This document shows, in pieces, positions 55,405 through 64,000 of a stretch of DNA of 64,000 nt. This DNA comes from Octopus sinensis. Taxonomy: Eukaryota. Each line of letters opens with the position of its first letter. Positions within the stretch are counted from its first letter, which is position 1. The translations under genes and the position numbers were made by a program. The notes below the pieces were generated by a model that was not told where the DNA came from, searched no databases, and saw nothing but the letters and a program-made list of their open reading frames with translations. The stretch lies in contig NC_043004.1 in the NCBI RefSeq assembly GCF_006345805.1, positions 84,878,001 through 84,942,000 of the forward strand, read 5' to 3'.

Positions 55405-55550
55405 GAGAATTCACAGAACACAAAATACGAAGTCAGGTGGTGTAAACAACCAACAGATGTATTAGTATAACGCTGGGGAAGTGTAAAAGTTTGGAGCCTA
55501 CTCTCTTTCACAGAAGGAACACAGAAAGAAACAAGGAGAGAAAATATATG
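55405..55550 (-). repeat. Family H3 repeat fragment (hammerhead 3' part deleted)
   Basis: GAAGTCAGGTGGTGTAAACAACCAACAGATGTATTAGTATAACG..GAGCCTACTCTC, homologous to 13700-13830. Confidence 0.6.
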
Positions 55551-55554
55551 TGTA

Positions 55555-55616
<62 letters not shown>

Positions 55617-55894
55617 TATATATACATGTATATATATATATTCGATATCGAGGCTCGAACCTTTTTGTCGCTGATGAAATGAGGGAGCAAATCCTTAATG
55701 TAACGTCCATAAATTCTGAGCATAAGATGAATATTACGCAAATTTACAATTTTTCATGAAATCCACATGAAGCAGGAAACCTGGTTCTGTTTACAATCAC
55801 AAATGCATCTCATATGGCGCAGTTTCTAGCAATGGCATTTCACATGCAATACTAATGTTGTCCCATAGTGCTTCCTTCTAGAGCCATACCACGC

Positions 55895-56118
55895 TTATAA
55901 GGGCCGGTTTCCCGGTTTCAGTGCCGTATAAATTACCCCACCTGAGTGGGACGCCGATGGGTCGATCGATTAATCATTTTAGCCAGCTGACTGGAGTGGT
56001 GCAACGTGATATAAAGTATTTTGCACCAGAACACAATGCGTCGCCCAGTCCAGGAATCGAAACCACACTCTTACGATCATGAGTTTAACATCCTAACCAC
56101 TAAGCCACGCGCCTCCAC
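55895..56118 (-). mobile_element. tRNA-derived SINE
   Basis: Minus-strand head GGCGCGTGGCTTAGTGGTTAGG..TTTCGATTCC, with a body like 44357-44697 and a tail like 11325-11400. Confidence 0.78.
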
Positions 56119-56759
56119 AATGTTGTCTCATAATGATTTCGAACACAAGACATCACGGTTGAGAAACAAATCTCTTAACCTTTCAATCACGTCAGTCTGA
56201 ATGCAGAATCAGTTTTCTGATAATGCGTGCGTACGTAAAATGAATCTTTTACAATATTTTCCTCATAGCAATGTCTCTTTGAACTTACGAATTCATATAC
56301 TCTTTCATTTTATCGATATATCGATGTATATCTTTGCTTATTGATGCAAAATATGTAGCCTCCACAAAAAGAACACAATTCTGAAATATAGAACAAGAGT
56401 CAACTACAAGTATACAAAGAATTTCTATTTTGATTGTGATGTCACCTGTCAGCAATATAATCTACCCTGACTTCAATAAAGTTCCAAAGTGTATTTGTTA
56501 CAGCAGAAACTATAATTACATTTTGACAAGAGTTGTACGAATCATTGTGCATTTGATAAATGGTAGTATTACATTATATTGAACACTGAGTGTAGTTCAG
56601 AAGAGTTATACACATATTCATACATATGTAGTATGTAAGCACCGACCTTTATACATGTATATGAATGTATGTATATATATATAATATATATATATATATA
56701 TACACATGCACACATACATGCATACATATATATCTGCCCCTCTCAATCTGCATGTATAT

Positions 56760-56805
<46 letters not shown>

Positions 56806-56939
56806 ATCTATGCAGATTGAGAGAAGCAAACATGCAGAAAAATAAAAAAAAGATATAAATACATATATATTTTCTCTAATATCAAAAACAATATGTTCAC
56901 ACACGCAGACGTTTTCTATATATCTATATGCATGTTTGG

Positions 56940-56972
<33 letters not shown>

Positions 56973-57108
56973 TGTATGTATGTATGTATGAATGAATGAA
57001 TGAATGAATGAATGTATGTATGTATGTGTCTGTATGCATATTTATATACACAAGTAAAAAGGTTGTAACCCCTTGTATTTAAAGGTAGAATAGAATAAGA
57101 ATAGGTCT

Positions 57109-57377
57109 GAATTACAGAGAAGACAAAATTCTTTGCCTTTGTCATACTCGTAATCAAGTATATGTTTCTATAGGAAGCACGTCTTCCCAGTTATCTAAAA
57201 GAATATTTCTAATCATTACTCTACATTTAGGGATGGGAATAAAGATAACAGTACAGGGTGTAGTAAATTAATTTGGTATCTAAAAGACCAAACTAAACAA
57301 TTTAATTTTGATTGGTTGATTCTCTCAATCTCGATACATCATGACAAAGACAAGGAATTCTGTCTTCTCTGTAATTC
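57109..57377. repeat. 37-bp inverted repeats about 195 bp apart (MITE-like)
   Basis: 57109-57145 vs 57341-57377, 34/37 complementary. Confidence 0.7.
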
Positions 57378-58133
57378 TGAACTATATTTTTTCCTAAAAA
57401 TCCCCTTGTAAACACGGTTATAGAGCGTGGATATCGATGTATACATTGGCAGAAAAACACCTTTAGTTCATGTAAGGGATTTCTATCATTATATATAATT
57501 TAAACAAAAAACTTCTTCTTACATTTCTCATTCACTAGAGATATATATTTTTCTAGTCCATAAGGTGTTATTTAATATACATATAATCATATACTTCTTA
57601 TTTATTTACTTTATACCTCCGCTTTCTACAGGCTATCTCTGACGTTATATCCTATAACGTTTCTATGAAACGATATTAATAGCATTAATTTAATCACTAT
57701 ACATATCCATCGTTTTCTGTTAAACTGTCTTATTTATGAGTTTCATTTCTTCACTACCCTGAAGAGAGGAAGACATTGTTTTACACCATTTTATCCGTTT
57801 GGAATAGTACCAGTGCTATCTTTGAAACATGTTTAGGAAGTAAATGAATTTGAACAACACGTGCATTTGACACCATTTATATATATATATATATATATAT
57901 ATATGCAGTATGTGTAATTAGCATTTAATTAAGCATATAGTTGAAACACCGTAGCTTGCAGCATCTGTATTATATATTTTTCTTTTTTGTACTCTTTCTC
58001 GTACGTTTTCGATAATAATGGGTCAATATCCCTCATTTTTCCATTTCTATCCACGATATTTAACATGCAGTAGCATATTGCTTGAAATAGGGTTTATTTT
58101 AGCGTGATACCTCTATAAATATTCTCACATTCC

Positions 58134-58167
<34 letters not shown>

Positions 58168-58202
58168 TATATATATATATATAATATATATATATATATA
58201 TA

Positions 58203-58247
<45 letters not shown>

Positions 58248-58310
58248 CATACATATACATAGATACAAATATATATGTATACATATATGTATATATATAT
58301 AGAGAGACAG

Positions 58311-58384
<74 letters not shown>

Positions 58385-58782
58385 CTCTCCTCATCTCCAC
58401 ACCTGCATTCTACCTGGATTACTACTGGGTATGCATAGGGTATTCAATGGCCTCTTCCGTTGAGCAAAATTCACTCCAATGTACTATGAAATTTCAACCT
58501 TCTCGAACTTCTTTGAACTTTCTATTATTTCTTACTGTATTTCTCTTCACCCGTACGTTTTTACTTTGTCTCTCACTCTCTTCCCTTTTCCTTTTAGTTC
58601 GTCTTCTTTTCTTCTCCTATTTTCTTCGTTACTTCTTTTCTTCCTTCTCTTCTGTTTTTTTCTCCTCCTACCTTTTGAATTTTCTTCTCCTAACACCTTT
58701 TTTACTTTTAGGAACATAACTTCAGAATTTTCTTTTTATTCTTTCCCTGTTTATTTCATCGCGTTCCGTTCTGTGCGTGTAT

Positions 58783-58821
<39 letters not shown>

Positions 58822-59761
58822 CAACTACGTATGTGGGTAATACTGTCTGCATGTGTGTGCTTGTGGAGTTGTTAGCTAACTCCTATATCGTTTTATCTGT
58901 TTTGATGAAACGTGACACGTGAGCAGAATACATGGCATACTAAGACTGTTGAAATATACTATAATAGCGCCCCCGGTAGGAATCCTTATATATATTTAAT
59001 ATACTTTAATTTCAAAACCAGGGGAAATAACCTATTCACACGTGGAGGTCATCCTGATATGTTGTCAAAAGAAATAACCCCTCAATTTTCCTAAATTATT
59101 TGGTAAAAATGAAATTGAGTATGCGTATTTCTTAATATTTTTACTGTTAGAATTATTTTCGCAATTTATCCAGTACATCACTTAAAAAAGTAAATATTAT
59201 TTTCGGAAACAATAGATCCACTTATTTTGGTTAGTGACTTATTAACGAATATACCAACACTAGCGGCCCTGATAGTAATATTCTCTCTGAACGTTCAAAA
59301 GTCATTTTCAGAGTTATTTACTTTGAATTGTGATTTTCTCATAACTGATTAGCCGGTTATTACATAACATACGATTTTAGTATACACACTTATTTGTATT
59401 TCCTCCTGTGTTCTATATACTCTGGGAACGCATTAAAACCTTTTTCAGGGCTACTTCATTTGAATTTTTACTATCGGGAAACTAATTTCATGTTATTATA
59501 TAACTGACTTCTCAAATCAGGTGTTCATAACTTATTGGAAATTGCTAAAAGCAATTTCCTGTGGAAGACAGTTCGGTATTCGCTGTAAACGCACACGAAC
59601 CTTTTAAGTGTTACATATTTTGTGTTGTTGTTATTCAGATTAGCGAAACGGTGAGTTACCGGGTACCTCAGCTAGTATATGCAAATATGTATATGTGTGT
59701 GTGTACATATGCAAGTAAATACATGTAGGTATGTACATGTATGTCAGTATATATATATATA

Positions 59762-59826
59762 CTTTATTTAAAGCAGCAGAAAATTCAACAGAGGTTTTGT
59801 TGAATTTTCTGCTGCTTTAAATAAAG
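59762..59826. repeat. Perfect 29-bp hairpin with a 7-nt loop
   Basis: CTTTATTTAAAGCAGCAGAAAATTCAACA-GAGGTTT-TGTTGAATTTTCTGCTGCTTTAAATAAAG. Confidence 0.95.
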
Positions 59827-59897
59827 CATATTACTCTGCCACTGGTATTTGAGTACTCTTTTTTCCTCCTTGTTTCACATTTATATGTTTACTCCGG

Positions 59898-59933
<36 letters not shown>

Positions 59934-59971
59934 ATAATTATATACATATACACACACACACACACACACAC

Positions 59972-60038
<67 letters not shown>

Positions 60039-60229
60039 CTAGAGCCCTCATGCTGTGTTTTATATTGATATTGTTTTGTGGGGTGCTTCAGCTTTCATTA
60101 CAATCTAATCTATTTCCTGTAGGAAGATCTCAACGGACATCAGTATTCAAAATAAAAACAGACGAAGACAGGAGAAGGTAAGGTTAATGGCAGGAGCGTC
60201 TATGACACCACTCCAGTTTAAGTTATTGT

Positions 60230-60850
60230 CATCAGATATTCCGAGGTTACTCGCACTGTTTCATGTTACGATGTTCTCACCCGATGGAACCACGTATGAC
60301 AGTTTAAGTATAATCTCCTTACAGGAGTGAATTAGTTCAAATGTATACTCGTTTAATTGCATATTATGTTTTCCACACATTGGATATCAGCAAGGACGTC
60401 CGATTGGGAATTTGTCAATGACCTTCGCTACCTTAGAGTCATTCCTGAAAGTTCTAATGCTACTGTGTGTCATAACGTCATTGATGTTATTGCTGTAAAT
60501 AACGAAAAAAGAGGGCCCAATATGATGCATTGTGGGTCACCCTGTGGATTCTAATTGAGCTTTATCGAACACCAGCGATCATTACGTGGTGCGTTCTGTT
60601 CACCAGAGAATATTCAATCATTTTCCTAATTTCATTGCACTCAAATTCTGAATGCTGTGTTTGACTTTATCGAAAGCCTTACTGAAGTCAAGATTTGTGG
60701 CTCATGAATTAGAGTATCTACCAATGCCTGTAGAATATTATAAAAATGTGGCAGGCGCTGTGATGGGCCTACCTCCCAAAGCCGAAGCCTTGCTTGTTGG
60801 GAACAACTTGGCTATATTTGCCTATACATTTATTGTATGAGATCTCTCCA
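60230..60850 (-). mobile_element. Decayed CR1-like RT fragment
   Basis: DFSKAFDKVKHS and, after frameshifts, .PQCIILGPLF on the minus strand. Confidence 0.65.
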
Positions 60851-61583
60851 TTCTCTCAAATAATATGATCGGTCGTTAATTCACTAGCAGCAATTTGGTG
60901 CCTGCTGGGGAAAAATCGACTTCGATAGGAAACTATTGAGAATATAACAAGAAAAGAAAAATGGTTTTGACTTGCAGGTAAGAATATGGCAATTAGATGT
61001 GATAAAATTTCTTATATTTCTAAGATATGGTCATAAAATACGATAGAAACATTAAGATATTTTGGCTACGTAGTCCTAAAATTTAACACACACACACATA
61101 CATAGTTATGTTCACTCTACAGACACACACACAAGTACATGCATACACACATGCACATCTATGCAGGTATACTACTACTCCCTACCCACTCACCCTAAAA
61201 TCATCTCAGCGCCTATTCCCGCCTCCAGCAATGATGTTGCAACCACACTGCCATACATCTGTCTCGTCTGAACACATAAACAGCAAAAGTATGTGTACAT
61301 ATGTTTACACACACGCGCATAAACCAAACAAAAACCTATGTACTCACCAACATGCAAGCATACTTAAATACAAACACGCTTACACTCACACATGTACACA
61401 CTTCTTTCTACGTATATGCTTTCCCCCTTTCCACCACCTCCAACACCAAACCTCAGTCTAACACTGTGGCCCCACCAGCGACGCTGTGGCAATTAGAACG
61501 GTATACATTTGGCACACTTACACACACGAACACCAAAAGCATGCATATATTTATTACACAAACGCGAACACTAGAGCGGAAAA

Positions 61584-61963
61584 TCTTTATATATAAAAGT
61601 CAAGTTGTGTGTCTGTCTCCCACGATTTAGATTCCTAACTACTCCCACATTTTGCGGTGCAGTTTAACCAAAACCGGGTATCTTATAGTCGTGATTCATA
61701 TCGAGCCCTTCTGGGTATTAGCGCGCGTCTACGATGAGCCTAAGATTTAAAAAAAAATTACCATCATTTTTTCCATTTTTAATGCATTTTTCGCTATTAT
61801 ATAAGGGAAGAAACTCTAAGAATGTCTACGATGAGTCAACGATTTTTAAAAAAAATTACCATCATTTTTTTCCATTTTTAATGCATTTTTTTGCTATTTT
61901 TTGCTATAACTCTCTAAAAATGCTTATATAGTTATTTCGAGCAACGCCGGGCGATACTGCTAG
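61584..61963 (+). mobile_element. Non-autonomous Helitron
   Basis: A|TC start (61584) and CTAG|T end (61960-61963); subterminal GC-rich hairpin-like segment; internal ~100-bp direct repeat starting TCTACGATGAG. Confidence 0.85.
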
Positions 61964-63189
61964 TTACGTATATTTTCTTCTAAACAAATACACACGCACT
62001 CCTAACGATATACAAAAACGCTGGAATGTAATATCTTACGCTCATGCAGTCACGAATGCATTAAATCACGTTCGCATACATACACGTGTGCAGTGCTACT
62101 AAGGCAAAGTATTCGCACGCACACATACACATACATATACACATACACACGCACACTTTCATACAACCATTCATGCATACAACCACGCACATATTCATAC
62201 AACACAGGCATGCCCGCATTCACACAGCTGGTACACACATTCACACACTATCACACACACGCACTCACTAGCCCTGTTTCTATCACATACCAAGTCCCAT
62301 ATCCCCCACTAAAAAAAAACAACAGGTACCAGCAAACCACCAGCTTCTTGTCCATTGATGCGGTCTAAGAATTTATCATCTGTTGTCGCTGAAATACCAA
62401 TCTCACATGTAGCAATAACATGTGACCAACTTTAAATGCGGAGCATATTTTAGCGTTGCCATCTTGGAACCCCAGAAGCGAATTTGAAATTTCTGTGTCC
62501 CGTCATTCGGTCAACTGAGCTTGAACGAGCTGTGTTTCTGTGCGAAGCCTGCGAAACTTCAAGAGACACTGAACCTAACCAATCTCTTTGAAATAACATT
62601 GGTATATTGAACTCGTACTAAATGTGTTGACTGCATTTTTGTTTTGTTTGCCCACTCACCCTTCCATCTGTACATACATGTGTGTAGATATATATGATTG
62701 TACACACACACACACGCGCACACACACATACACATACACATACACACTGAGTTGTCAAACAGTTAAACCAAATTTTCTCAAAAGAGCTTGTCCGACAGTC
62801 CCATGGGCCTCCCCTTTGAGAAACACAGATTTAACCTAAATTTGAGACACCAGCAAAAGAAGAAATAAAGATACTTTCTTTCTATTCCAAAGAAAAACGA
62901 TTTTATTCACACAAATATGCAACCGAAGAGTTTAAAGTACCAGTAATGATAAGATTGTTGTCTGGGAGAACACAAACATGGTTTAAACAGATCTTTTCAT
63001 TAAAAAGTAATCAAGCATACCTTTATTTCAATAAAATTTTTGGTTTTGTTAAACGAAGATAAGGCAAAAAAGAAACTTCTTGAGAAACCAAATAGTCTTT
63101 CCTTCCTTCATGCCAAGTTTTAAGAAAATATCTCTTTTGCATCTTAATTTTTGGTCTCTTAAATATACTGTATTTTGTGGCATTATTTC

Positions 63190-63460
63190 AAGCTAGCCGG
63201 TTTTTTTTGCGCAAACTGCACATGTATGTTTCTCGCGTACGCGTAGTATCGATCGCAACAGCTGATGTACTTGCGCGTATAAATGCACGTTCCCACGGCT
63301 TTATCGATTGCATTCTCACCTGGAATCGATTTTTGTAATTTTTTTTCAAGACTTGTACGTCGGTGTCTACATATCAAATTTGAACGGAATCGGATGGAGG
63401 ATGCACGAGATCCTAGAAGACACACACACAAACAGAACAGATTTTATATAATATATATAT
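63190..63460 (-). mobile_element. Possible non-autonomous Helitron-like element
   Basis: Minus strand begins (TA)nAAAATCTGTTCTGTTTGTGTG..AAATTTGATATG and ends near CTAG at ~63193; the AT target is not clean. Confidence 0.35.
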
Positions 63461-64000
63461 ATATACCTAATTTCATTGTCTATGGCTACCTGACGTCATC
63501 CACCGTATTCGTACAATTCTTACTAGACACACACACACACACATATATGTGTGTGGGGGGAGTGTGCGTGTGTGTGTGCATAGACAGAGAGATAGATACA
63601 GAGATACATATATACATACATGCATACATACATAGATTACATGTTCGTTCTGAGAGGTCACTGTACTTTCTTGACACGATCAATCTTATCCTTTTCCATT
63701 CAGCTAAATTGCTTTCGTTCGTCAACACTTTCATCGCATTCTAAACTGTGTTTGAAGTGTGTTGAAACCGAGGAAATTTTAAGTAAATATTTAATATATA
63801 CGTCAGCATAATATGTTGATAGGTTCTTTGCGGAAAATCAATTCTTCTTCGAATAGAATCGTGATAAATTAGTTAAACTGTATATTTGCAATGCTATTTA
63901 TTAATGACATGTGATTACTCTTCACTGATCTTGATTTATCGCTATCTACTTAGCTACTACTCATGTCACATATTACGGGAATTTATACAAATATTTCTAT

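Overview
AT-rich, microsatellite-dense eukaryotic DNA. The SINE families, (TA)n density and LINE spectrum point to an octopus (coleoid cephalopod) intronic or intergenic region; this is inferred from recognising the repeats, not from a database search. I found no convincing host protein-coding gene, and almost all listed ORFs are translations of microsatellites or antisense to TEs. The window holds many tRNA-type SINEs (two with clear target-site duplications), decayed LINE fragments (RTE, R4/Dong-like RLE, CR1-like) and a decayed RepHel Helitron plus non-autonomous Helitrons. It also holds a 5'-truncated Penelope-like element (PLE; YLDD RT motif plus GIY-YIG, 44832-46995) with an inverted pseudo-LTR. 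Most notable: at least five unrelated repeat families carry minimal type I hammerhead-ribozyme motifs with short palindromic stem III, several with non-canonical cores (U4C, A6U, an extra A after A9). They occur in a PLE pseudo-LTR, in a tandem 494-nt retrozyme-like repeat, in fold-back elements and on the 3' end of a tRNA-headed SINE. A ~610-nt imperfect rod-like self-complementary element sits in a (TA)n tract at 43115-43725. All RNA structures were paired by eye; none was computed or tested.
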